In this document: one piece after another, positions 1-8,967 of the stretch
How positions within the stretch are numbered: the first letter of the stretch is position 1
Layout: each line of letters opens with the position of its first letter
From: Promethearchaeota archaeon
GTDB taxonomy: Archaea > Asgardarchaeota > Lokiarchaeia > Sigyniarchaeales > SOKP01
Length of the DNA: 64,000 bases
NCBI GenBank assembly: GCA_016839745.1
Contig: JAEOTS010000110.1
Span: 1 to 64,000 of the forward strand
Direction: 5' to 3'
The notes under the pieces: generated by a model
The model's database searches: none
Seen by the model: only the letters and a program-made list of their open reading frames with translations
What the model was told of the DNA's origin: nothing
Program-made: the position numbers and the translations under genes

Positions 1-639
1 ATAAATCTGATTTTAAGCCCAATTGCGTCTGCTATAAATGCGGAACTGTTCCAGTATAAACGTAGTTTTTTAGTTGATAAACGAGAAAAAAAGATTGGCT
101 CAGAACATTTGACTCTTGAAGATAATGCGTTAATCAATGGCGCAGTAGGATCAAGTATATTCGATGGAGAAGGAGTTCCGTGTAAAAATAAAAGAATCAT
201 AGAAAGTGGAGTTTTTTTGAAATCAGGTTTATTGCATAACAGTTATACAGCAGGAAAGGAAGGGGTCGAAAGCACTGGCAACGCCACTAGAAGGTCCTTT
301 AGTTCCGTTCCATCTATAGGTATATCCAACTTAATCTTAAAATCGGGAAAAGTCTCTCAAGAGGAAATAATAGGAGATGTTAAAGAAGGAATATTGTTAA
401 ATTCTACAGCAGATTCTCCAAATATAGCCACTGGTGATTTTTCCGGGTTGATTTCTCAAGGAAATTTGATTATCGATGGAGAAGTTAAGCAAGCTTTAAA
501 TGAGACTATGTTTGGTATAAATTTATTAGAACTTTTTAAAAATATTATATTGATTTCAAAGGAATTTAAAGTTTATGGCTCGTTCTACGCTCCTTTCGTA
601 AAGGTTGACAATGTACAAATAATTGGCTCTAAAGATTAA
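1..639 (+). CDS. TldD/PmbA family protein, C-terminal part (5'-partial; frame open from base 1)
   Basis: Frame has no stop from 1 to 639; FDGEG, STGNA and ATGDFS motifs typical of the PmbA/TldE C-terminus. Confidence 0.85.
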   Translation: MNLILSPIASAINAELFQYKRSFLVDKREKKIGSEHLTLEDNALINGAVGSSIFDGEGVPCKNKRIIESGVFLKSGLLHNSYTAGKEGVESTGNATRRSFSSVPSIGISNLILKSGKVSQEEIIGDVKEGILLNSTADSPNIATGDFSGLISQGNLIIDGEVKQALNETMFGINLLELFKNIILISKEFKVYGSFYAPFVKVDNVQIIGSKD

Positions 640-676
640 GATTTATTATATTATCGTTGTTTTATCTTCACGATTT

Positions 677-1201
677 TTAAGAAGTAATATTTAATTTCAT
701 AGTTACCACATCATAAAATCTTCTAATACCTACAGAAGGGTTTTCCCATAATTCCGCAATTATAATTTGATTCGTTCCGACCTGCGAAAAAGAGACATTA
801 AATGCACTTGAAATCCAATTTTCTCCGTGTGGTAAAGTAATTGTCGACGAATTTATATATGAGGTTGCGTTTATCGAGGGGAATGGGCCTAGTACAGTAT
901 CGTTATTTCCCTGCAAAATTTCTATACGGAATGAAAAATCCCGATTTAAATAATTTCCAACAGAAATGTAAAAAGTAATATTATCATCAACTGCAGCATT
1001 TGTAGGATAATCTTCTGCTTTTTTGTCAGAATTCAAAATACCAAGATACCAATAACCCGGTTCGGGGGTTAATAAGGCGTAAATTATGAACCCAGATATA
1101 ATAACTATACCAATAATTAAGAGAATCTTGAGGATATTTTCAAACTCTTTATAATTTTTTTTTAAACTATTAAGATCTTTTGTATTATCCATTTTTGACA
1201 T
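677..1201 (-). CDS. DUF1616-like membrane-anchored protein
   Basis: Single N-terminal TM helix, then 'LGILNSDKKAEDYPT' and a beta-rich Ig-like domain with many N-x-S/T sequons. Confidence 0.6.
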   Translation of the reverse strand: MSKMDNTKDLNSLKKNYKEFENILKILLIIGIVIISGFIIYALLTPEPGYWYLGILNSDKKAEDYPTNAAVDDNITFYISVGNYLNRDFSFRIEILQGNNDTVLGPFPSINATSYINSSTITLPHGENWISSAFNVSFSQVGTNQIIIAELWENPSVGIRRFYDVVTMKLNITS

Positions 1202-2255
1202 TATATTTGAACCAAGCTATAGTTTTCATTAGACCCTCTCTTAAAGGAGTAGTAGGTTGCCAATTTAGAATCCTTTTTGCTTTACTTAAGTCAGCACATC
1301 TTCTTACAGGATCATCAATAGGTAAAGGCTTAAAAACGATTTCTGACCTAGAGTCTGCTAACTCTTTAATTATTTTGGCTAATTCTAGGATTGTATATTC
1401 TTTATTGTTACCTAAGTTAATAACTTCTCCAAGAGCTTCTCTTTTATGAGCGATCTTTAAAATCCCTTCAATCTCATCAACAACATAAATAAAAGATCGA
1501 GTCTGTGTACCATCTCCAAAGATAGTTATCTCTTCGTTATTCAATGCTTGATGTATAAAGTTAGGAATAACTCTTCCAAATTCGGGGCCATATCTAATTC
1601 TTGGCCCTGATGTGTTAAAAATTCGCACTATTTTAGTTTTAATTCCATGTTGGAGTTCGTAAGCCTTAACAAAAGCTTCTCCAGCCCGTTTAGATTCATC
1701 ATAGCAGCTTCTTGGCCCTACAGGGTTTACATGTCCGAAATATGTCTCTGCTGTTGGAATTGCTTCATCAGGAGGATTGCCATACACTTCAGATGTGCTT
1801 GTATAGAAAAATAGAGCATTATGTGCTTTGGCAACACCTAATGCGTTCATAGTTCCAAGAGTGTTACTTTTTAGTATCGGAATTGGGTATTTACTAAACT
1901 CAAATGGAGACGCTCTGCTCGCCATATGCATAACGATATCAATTCTCTTAATATCACCGATACAAATCCCGTTTGGATGATGAGTTAATCCAAAAAACAC
2001 CGGTTTCGAGATGTCGTGATTTATAAAACGAAAATTATCTTTCTCCATTAAATGAGTAATGTTTTCAAATCTTCCTGAAGAAAGATTATCTAAACATACA
2101 CAATTAGCTCCTTGCTTTACTAAGATATCACAAACCCACGAGCCTAGGAAACCCGCTCCACCAGTTACTAGGATTGTTTTAGCTCGAAATGAAATGCTAT
2201 CCTCCTTTAAACGGTTTAAGATTTCGTCGAGATCTTGCTTAAAGTCGTAATTCAA
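1185..2255 (-). CDS. UDP-glucuronate decarboxylase (UDP-xylose synthase)-like SDR
   Basis: VTGGAGFLG, HMASRASP, STSEVYG, CYDESKR, RIFNT, GDGTQTRSF, DDPVRR motifs; TTG start. Confidence 0.85.
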   Translation of the reverse strand: MNYDFKQDLDEILNRLKEDSISFRAKTILVTGGAGFLGSWVCDILVKQGANCVCLDNLSSGRFENITHLMEKDNFRFINHDISKPVFFGLTHHPNGICIGDIKRIDIVMHMASRASPFEFSKYPIPILKSNTLGTMNALGVAKAHNALFFYTSTSEVYGNPPDEAIPTAETYFGHVNPVGPRSCYDESKRAGEAFVKAYELQHGIKTKIVRIFNTSGPRIRYGPEFGRVIPNFIHQALNNEEITIFGDGTQTRSFIYVVDEIEGILKIAHKREALGEVINLGNNKEYTILELAKIIKELADSRSEIVFKPLPIDDPVRRCADLSKAKRILNWQPTTPLREGLMKTIAWFKYNVKNG

Positions 2256-2362
2256 AATAAATAACCTACTAAATTTAGATTAATATTTTTGTTAAGAGTT
2301 TTATTTTTTAAAAAGATATAGTTTCTTTCTTCTGATTATTCAAAAAAAAGCGATTGATAGAA

Positions 2363-2953
2363 TTAACGAGTTTTCTGTCCACAATATTGACAATATTTGA
2401 GTTCTAAAGGGTAAAATTTACCGCAGCTAGTGCATTTTTTTAATGAATTCTTGATAATCTCTCGTCCAAGCATCTCAAAAACATTTTCGACGTTTTCTCC
2501 AGTTTTTGAAGATACTCCATGAATATCTCCTTTGAATTTGTATTTGTCAAAAACGGCTTTGGCTTCATCATGTTTGACCTCTCTCTGCTTTTCTAAATCG
2601 ATCTTTGCTTCAATCAATAATTTTGTTTTTGGGTGGTTAGGAACAGAAGTAATAACATTTACCCAATCATGAAGATCATCCAGAGATTCTCTATTAGTAA
2701 TGTCATAAAGAATTAAAGCTCCAGAAGCACCCGAAACATAGGAGGGGAGCAGAAGGCGAAATTTTTTTTCACCAGCAAAATCCCAGATATTGAGGAGTAT
2801 TTCAGTATCATCGACTACCACTTTCTTTGTTTCGAAATCTACTCCTATCGTTGATAAAGTTGATCTATCAAACTTCCCAGTTGCATACCGCCTAATGAGA
2901 GAAGTTTTTCCCACATTTTTAGCACCCGCAACGATTACTTTAAATTTGATTAT
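2363..2953 (-). CDS. Rab/Ras-like small GTPase with C-terminal zinc ribbon; start extended to probable ATA at 2953
   Basis: Frame extends upstream of the tracked GTG (2914) to give IKFKVIVAGAKNVGKTS (G1); STIGVDF (G2), WDFAGE (G3), EAKID (G4), VSSKTG (G5); C-terminal CTSC...CQYC. Confidence 0.85.
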   Translation of the reverse strand: MIKFKVIVAGAKNVGKTSLIRRYATGKFDRSTLSTIGVDFETKKVVVDDTEILLNIWDFAGEKKFRLLLPSYVSGASGALILYDITNRESLDDLHDWVNVITSVPNHPKTKLLIEAKIDLEKQREVKHDEAKAVFDKYKFKGDIHGVSSKTGENVENVFEMLGREIIKNSLKKCTSCGKFYPLELKYCQYCGQKTR

Positions 2954-3158
2954 AGTAAATCACATCAAGTTTTTTTAATGACATTCTAATTATATTACTC
3001 TTAAAATAAAATATTAATCTTTAATCATAAAAATTTTGTTATTAATATTAACTAATCGTTTTTAGGTTAATTTTATCAATTTTTACAGAAGGAGAATTCT
3101 TTTAGTAAAAGATTAAATATTATAAATATTTTAATGGAAAAAAAAATTCTGTAAAATC

Positions 3159-4466
3159 ATGAAAGACGTTTCAGATAAGAAGTTTTTTGGAACTTTGTCT
3201 CAGAAAGAACTACTGAAATTATACGCAACGCATGTGAATTCACCAAAAGTTCGCTTTTTTAAAGGAGCAGGTATTGGAGTTATCCCTGGTAAGAGGTGGG
3301 GTGTTAAGATTAATACATTGGAAGGACAAAAACCCACCGATCCACCAATGGAACTTTACAATTGCCACACATGTGGAGGAGTTTATAATTTAGGTCATGG
3401 TAACCGAAAAATTGTGCAAACCCTTAAGGACGCTTTAGATAGTGGATTAGATATAGGTGATCACCTACAATTATCAGAATGGAGAGCTATATTAGGAAAA
3501 AAATTAGCAGAACTTATGCCACCAGGAATTACTAAGACTACATTTGGAGTTAGCGGTGGTGAAGCAGTTGATACTGCTATTAAATTTTCAAGGGCGTATA
3601 CAAAACGGAAAAAATGCATCTCTGCAATTGGAGGGTATCATGGCCATACCGGTTTTGCGTTAGCAACTGGAGATCCTGACTTTAAAGAAAATTTCCTTTG
3701 GAATCTCTCGGATTTTAAGCAAGTTCCTTTTGGTGATGGTGATGCCTTGAAAAAAACCATATCGGACGATGTTGCGTGCGTCATTTTGGAAACAATTCCC
3801 GCAACGGGGGGTGTATTAATCGCTCAAGAGGGCTACTTTTCAGAAGTTCGAGAACTATGCGATGATCATGGAGTTATGATGATAATTGACGAAGTTCAAG
3901 TGGGACTTGGACGTACTGGTCATTTTTGGGCTATATACGGGGGACTCTATGAAAAAGAAAAAGTTATCCCTGATTTTATGGTTTTAGGAAAAGGTATGAG
4001 TGCGGGAATTTATCCAATTTCTACTTGCAGTTATAAACCATTTATTGAGAAAGCAGTTTTTAAAGACGACCCATTCATTCATATTTCTACAACAGGTGGA
4101 TCCGATTTAGGTTGTGTGGTTGCTTGTGAGATGTTAGATATTCAATCTGATCCTGAGTTTTTAAACCATGTAATAGAAATGGGAAAATTATTTAGCAGTG
4201 GTCTAGAAGAAATTGCTGAGGATAATTCTGAACTAATAAAAGAAGTAAGAGGAAGAGGCCTAATGTGGGGTATGGAGTTTACTAACGAAACATTAGGACA
4301 ATTAGCTATGCTTTCTATAATAAAAGAAGGCGTTCTTCAAAACTATTGCGGAAACAAAAAGGATACGCTTATAATGATGCCACCATTAGTCGTACAAGAG
4401 GAGGAAATCGAAGAGATCATAAAAAAAATAGGTGAAGGTGTTAAGAAGATTAAACACTTAGCTTAA
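3159..4466 (+). CDS. Class III PLP aminotransferase (putrescine/acetylornithine type)
   Basis: SGGEAVD, GGYHGHT, DEVQVGLGRTG, GKG (PLP Lys), RGRGLM, MPPL. Confidence 0.9.
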   Translation: MKDVSDKKFFGTLSQKELLKLYATHVNSPKVRFFKGAGIGVIPGKRWGVKINTLEGQKPTDPPMELYNCHTCGGVYNLGHGNRKIVQTLKDALDSGLDIGDHLQLSEWRAILGKKLAELMPPGITKTTFGVSGGEAVDTAIKFSRAYTKRKKCISAIGGYHGHTGFALATGDPDFKENFLWNLSDFKQVPFGDGDALKKTISDDVACVILETIPATGGVLIAQEGYFSEVRELCDDHGVMMIIDEVQVGLGRTGHFWAIYGGLYEKEKVIPDFMVLGKGMSAGIYPISTCSYKPFIEKAVFKDDPFIHISTTGGSDLGCVVACEMLDIQSDPEFLNHVIEMGKLFSSGLEEIAEDNSELIKEVRGRGLMWGMEFTNETLGQLAMLSIIKEGVLQNYCGNKKDTLIMMPPLVVQEEEIEEIIKKIGEGVKKIKHLA

Positions 4467-4484
4467 ATATTAACTATACCCAAT

Positions 4485-6821
4485 TTAGGAGTTATTTTGG
4501 TATTTAAATCTACTTAGCTTATAAATTTCTTGAGCAATTTTCTTTCCAACATTTTCAACTTTTATTAATTCCCCAATATCAGCGTTAAAAATCTCTTGGA
4601 GCGAATTTAATTCTCTAAGTAAGTTTTTAGCTCTAAGAGCATTTATACCCGGAATACCTGCAACGATATATTCTAACAAACTTGAAATTTCTATTGGTTT
4701 TTTATCAAACCTTAATTTTAAATCCATTTTTGAATCCGTTTGCTCCTTTTTCGCAAGCTGATAAATAAACGTTGCAGATTCAGATGGATCTTTTGTTTTA
4801 TATACAGTAATTCCTAAATTCAGAATAATTGATGTGATCGCGCCGTAGAGTGCATTTTGGTTAATATTTGAATTTATAAAAGGGTCTCCTTCTAAAATTA
4901 ATATAGGTCTAACAAAATTGTTCTTTAACTCAAATAATTCGTTAAATAATCTCCCATCTTTGACCGAATCGTTAAAGTCTTGTGCTGATTTTCTTTCGAT
5001 CCCAACTCTTTCTGAGATGATATAGTCTGCAACAGTTAATTGTTTTAGTTCTAAACTAACTCCCATTAAGGACAATGCTCTGACAACAGCAGAGGCTGTT
5101 TCTCTGTTATCACAAATTATTGTGTAATCCTCAGCCCCCTTAATCTTCTGGATAAACGATAAATCTGAAGTTATTTTAAGATTGCTGGAATCCTTACTGG
5201 TTTCATCTTTTTTTACAAAATTTAAAAGGTTTGATTGTCCTGCTTTAGAACCTGAACCATGGTCTTTCATGGATTTTAAACTTTGATTCATAACCCGTTC
5301 CTTACCTTTTTCAGCCCAATAATATCTTTCATCACGAGTTCCTTCAGCCATTAATATGAAAACTTTTCCTTCCTTCTTTCTCCCGGTTCTTCCACGACGT
5401 TGAATAGAACGCACAGCACTTGGTACAATGTCGTAAAATATTACTAAATCACATTCCGCTATATCTAAACCTTCTTCTCCAACACTCGTAGCAATTAAAG
5501 TGTTATAAATTCCTTCCTTGAAATCTTCAAGTAGTTGTATTTGTTCTTTTTGAGTTAGACCTTTATCTAAAGATTTGGTGACTTGTCCTACGAATTTATG
5601 CGCCTTTATAACTTCGTCTCTTTCAACAAATTTAACTATATTGTTGACGGAGTCTCTAAAATGACAAAATACCAAAATTCTCGAGTCTCTATTTTGATTG
5701 ATCTGATTATGTAAAATTTGTGCTAATTTTTCTAGTTTAGGATGAACAATACCATTCTCTTTGTTAGTTTCAATTAATTTAAGAACGCGTTTTATGCCAG
5801 AATCTTGAAAAAGTTCTCTTAGTGATTTATTTGCAGTGTTTTGTTTTATTTTTTTAATGTTTTTTTTCATGTAATCATCTAATGCGCTTATTCCTTGAGT
5901 CTCAATAAGCTCATCCATATGGGAAAGCCTTATCGCATTTGCTACAAATTTTTTCGCACTAAATAGTAGTAACTTCTCCTCATCTTCTCTTGAGGCTGAG
6001 ATCTTCCCGTTAATTATTTTATCTAACGCAAGCAAATCTTTTCTAGTAACCTTAGTAACATCTGACGAATTTAATAATTCCTGTTGTTTTAACCATTTGT
6101 ATATTGTTCTTAATTTATCTGTCATTATTTTTTTAATATCCATAAATTCCCTTGGAAGCTTAACCTTTATCCATTCGTTATCAACTTTATAGATGTAAGG
6201 TTTTACGTCTGAATCTTGGTCTGTTCTAATTTCGACACGATCAACGAATAAATTTTCCTTTATTTCGTTAATCTTCCCTTCCGTAGATCCTGGACTTGCG
6301 GTAAGGCCTAAAATTTGGTGGTTCTTGGCGATTTCCATGTATTTCTTAGCAATAAAACAATACGCATAATCTCCTACACTCCGATGACATTCATCAAAAA
6401 TAACTAAAGATACATTCTCTAACGAATAAAGATTTGAAATTATATCATTTTGAAGTACTTGTGGTGTCATAAAAGCAATTTTTAAGTCCTTCCAAATATC
6501 TCTCCTTTTTTCCGGTGATGTAGTTCCAGTAATTGCTATTAAGTTTTCTTCAGGAATAACTGTTAAATCTAAAAAAGATTTATAATGTTGATTTACAAGA
6601 GGTTTGGTTGGAGCTAAGAAGATAATTTTAGAATTAGGCATTTCTGATAATCTGTGTATAGCTAACATTAAAGCTATAACTGTTTTTCCTAATCCCGTAG
6701 GAATAACTACTAAACAATTAGTATTAAGACAATTTATAAATATATTCTCTTGATACGCCCTTCTTAAAATAAAATTTTCCTTAAGTAAAGGGTGCGATAT
6801 AAATTGCTCCTTATTTGACAC
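4485..6821 (-). CDS. hef: Hef helicase-nuclease (FANCM/ERCC4 family)
   Basis: PTGLGKT, DECH, TASPG, EEGLDI, QRRGRTGR helicase motifs; C-terminal ERCC4 nuclease (DNRE, ERKS..DF) plus HhH. Confidence 0.93.
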   Translation of the reverse strand: MSNKEQFISHPLLKENFILRRAYQENIFINCLNTNCLVVIPTGLGKTVIALMLAIHRLSEMPNSKIIFLAPTKPLVNQHYKSFLDLTVIPEENLIAITGTTSPEKRRDIWKDLKIAFMTPQVLQNDIISNLYSLENVSLVIFDECHRSVGDYAYCFIAKKYMEIAKNHQILGLTASPGSTEGKINEIKENLFVDRVEIRTDQDSDVKPYIYKVDNEWIKVKLPREFMDIKKIMTDKLRTIYKWLKQQELLNSSDVTKVTRKDLLALDKIINGKISASREDEEKLLLFSAKKFVANAIRLSHMDELIETQGISALDDYMKKNIKKIKQNTANKSLRELFQDSGIKRVLKLIETNKENGIVHPKLEKLAQILHNQINQNRDSRILVFCHFRDSVNNIVKFVERDEVIKAHKFVGQVTKSLDKGLTQKEQIQLLEDFKEGIYNTLIATSVGEEGLDIAECDLVIFYDIVPSAVRSIQRRGRTGRKKEGKVFILMAEGTRDERYYWAEKGKERVMNQSLKSMKDHGSGSKAGQSNLLNFVKKDETSKDSSNLKITSDLSFIQKIKGAEDYTIICDNRETASAVVRALSLMGVSLELKQLTVADYIISERVGIERKSAQDFNDSVKDGRLFNELFELKNNFVRPILILEGDPFINSNINQNALYGAITSIILNLGITVYKTKDPSESATFIYQLAKKEQTDSKMDLKLRFDKKPIEISSLLEYIVAGIPGINALRAKNLLRELNSLQEIFNADIGELIKVENVGKKIAQEIYKLSRFKYQNNS

Positions 6822-6928
6822 GAAAATTACCAGAAAATATCAGATTATTATATCTTTTAAGAGAAAACTTTCTCAGATATGATTTAAAGTAACAGAGTCT
6901 ATAGAATCTCTTAAATTATATTAATACC

Positions 6929-6938
6929 TTTTTAATAA
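6929..6938 (+). promoter_or_regulatory. Probable TATA box of the tRNA gene
   Basis: TTTTTAATAA ~30-40 nt upstream of the tRNA 5' end; weak because the background is AT-rich. Confidence 0.35.
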
Positions 6939-6968
6939 TTATTGTTAGTGTTTATTTCACATCAAATA

Positions 6969-7136
6969 GCGCGAGTGGTTTAGACGTATAACGACACTTT
7001 CACGATAAAAAATTCGTGTAAAGCGTTAAACGCTCACACCGTGTAAATTTTCGCTAATTTAAAGCGATAATCTCGACGGTCGGGGGTTCAAAAGTTTGAA
7101 ATTTTCTTTCAAATTGAAAAATTCCCCCCTTGCGCA
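6969..7136 (+). tRNA. tRNA-Val(CAC) with three introns (28/29, 44/45, ~58/59-59/60)
   Basis: Acceptor GCGCGAG/CTTGCGC+A73; anticodon arm ACACG-CTCACAC-CGTGT after removing 6996-7029; variable AGGTC after removing 7046-7077; T arm GGGGG-TTCAAAT-CCCCC after removing 30 nt (~7093-7122); spliced length 72 nt. Confidence 0.85.
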
Positions 7137-7248
7137 TTAATTTTGAGCAGATAAAAATATTGAACTTACTTGATTTACGATAAAAAACAAAAAAGTTTTA
7201 TTTTATATTACATTTTACCACTCAATTACTAATTCTTAGGATTAAGTT

Positions 7249-7551
7249 ATGTCTTCTTTTTTAGAGTCTCGTGAATTAAGAAAGTTGTATAAAGAAGTTC
7301 GAAAAACCATCAAAATTGGTTCGATTTTCCTTACTAGATACGAAAAAGCTCGCATCACGGGAGCGCGTGCTCTACAGATAAGTTTTGGAGCACCAATTTT
7401 GATCGAAAAGCCTAAGAATGTTATTGATCCTATAAAGATAGCTTTATTAGAATTAAAATCTAAAATCTTACCATTAACAATAAGACGAGAGTACCCTAGT
7501 GGAGAACATCAAGATATTTCGATTAATAAATTAATTCTTAAAAAAGATTAA
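7249..7551 (+). CDS. rpoK: DNA-directed RNA polymerase subunit K (Rpo6)
   Basis: LTRYEKARITGARALQISFGAP and PLTIRR signatures. Confidence 0.95.
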   Translation: MSSFLESRELRKLYKEVRKTIKIGSIFLTRYEKARITGARALQISFGAPILIEKPKNVIDPIKIALLELKSKILPLTIRREYPSGEHQDISINKLILKKD

Positions 7552-7554
7552 ATA

Positions 7555-8016
7555 TTATTGAATTCTGTATTTCCCTCTTTCTGTAAGAATGTATACATTG
7601 TTACCTTCAACCTGTTCTACTTCTAGATAACCTTTAGAAATTAAAGTATCCAAAATTTTTTCTAACTCAGCTTTTTTAAAAGGTTCAATGCCTAGAGGAA
7701 TTCTACTTTGATTGGCAACGATAGCAATACGCGATAGTAACATTCTTTTATTATTAAATGATTCAAGAATTGTAAGTTCGTCGTTAGAAAGGCGTTCAAA
7801 TTGATCGTGTTCCAACAATTGCTCTTTAAGGGTGTTTGCGAGATCTAATGTTTCAGGACTAATTTTTTGCTTCTTTACTTCGACATGTTTTAATTGGACA
7901 AGGTCTCTTGCAACAGGTGACTTCTTAGATTGAGCCATTTGCTCTAAATAATTACGAATTTTTTCTTTATCCCCTAATTCTTTTTTTTTATCCTTATCTT
8001 CTTTTTCATTCTCCAT
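7555..8016 (-). CDS. Hypothetical protein with C-terminal winged helix
   Basis: ILDTLISKGYLEV...VYILTERG is a wHTH recognition helix and wing; charged N-terminus. Confidence 0.55.
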   Translation of the reverse strand: MENEKEDKDKKKELGDKEKIRNYLEQMAQSKKSPVARDLVQLKHVEVKKQKISPETLDLANTLKEQLLEHDQFERLSNDELTILESFNNKRMLLSRIAIVANQSRIPLGIEPFKKAELEKILDTLISKGYLEVEQVEGNNVYILTERGKYRIQ

Positions 8017-8061
8017 AATAATACGATAAGGAATTTAATTATAAAAATTTATATTTAATTA

Positions 8062-8628
8062 ATGAAAGAAGTCTTAAAGTTAAAAACCGGAGAAAAAATT
8101 GTCATTAGGCATATAAATGAATTAGATATTGATGGAGTTTGGAACAATTTCAATGAAGTTGTTGAAGAAGGGATATATCTTCCTGTTTTATTTCCTGTTA
8201 AATCAAGATTTGAAAAACAATCATGGTATAATAATATTAAAAAAGAAAGAGAAATTTGCATCGTCGCTGTTCACCCAAAATTAAAAAGTCCTTATAATAT
8301 CCTTGGACAATGTGAGATATCAAGTTTAGACTGGGACGCTGCAACTCATGTCGGTAGTTTAGGTATAATTGTGCAAAAAAAATATCGAGATTTAGGAATA
8401 GGTTTTCACATAATTGATATGGCTATTCGAGAATCTAAAAAACTAGATAATAAAGAAAAAATCATTCTAAGCTGCTTTTCAAATAACAAAAGGGCTCTCT
8501 TTCTATATAAAAAATTGGGTTTTAAAATGATAGGTAGAAGAGAAAAACAATTTTATATGGATTCTAACTATTACGACGAAATATTGATGGAATTATGGAT
8601 TAATGACTATTTAACTAATAATCCTTGA
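8062..8628 (+). CDS. GNAT family N-acetyltransferase
   Basis: LGIIVQKKYRDLGIG (acetyl-CoA motif A), NNKRALFLYKKLGF, DEILM. Confidence 0.9.
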   Translation: MKEVLKLKTGEKIVIRHINELDIDGVWNNFNEVVEEGIYLPVLFPVKSRFEKQSWYNNIKKEREICIVAVHPKLKSPYNILGQCEISSLDWDAATHVGSLGIIVQKKYRDLGIGFHIIDMAIRESKKLDNKEKIILSCFSNNKRALFLYKKLGFKMIGRREKQFYMDSNYYDEILMELWINDYLTNNP

Positions 8629-8967
8629 TTTTCATAATATACAAAAATTCATTTGTATACACAAATCTTTACTGTTGAGGCTTCAAAAAACTAGATTTTG
8701 TTTACACCCATTTCTATATAAATAAGCTAGCAATTGCTTTTGTTTTGCTTAATCTTAACCAGAAAAAATTATTTTTTCTAAAAAGATGTTCTTTTGTATC
8801 GCTTTTTTTTTGTAATAAAAAAAATTTATATATGTCAAATTTATTATTATGATAATTTTAATTTGTTATAAATTATCGATATTATTATACACTAAAAAAA
8901 TAATATAGATAATAGTATTTCAAATGAAATAATTTTATAAGAACTATAAATTAAAAAGCTGAATATT

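Noticed and set aside
2960-2965. In-frame ATG-TGA upstream of the Rab-like gene, suggesting selenocysteine readthrough
   Set aside because: Sec at residue 2 of a GTPase has no functional rationale, no SECIS was identified, and the ATGTGA is better explained as the SD motif (GATGTGAT) preceding an ATA start
6994-7030. Reading the tRNA as tRNA-Sec or another isotype from TTCAC near 6999-7003
   Set aside because: That segment lies within intron 1; the spliced anticodon arm ACACG-CTCACAC-CGTGT gives CAC (Val) with a short variable loop
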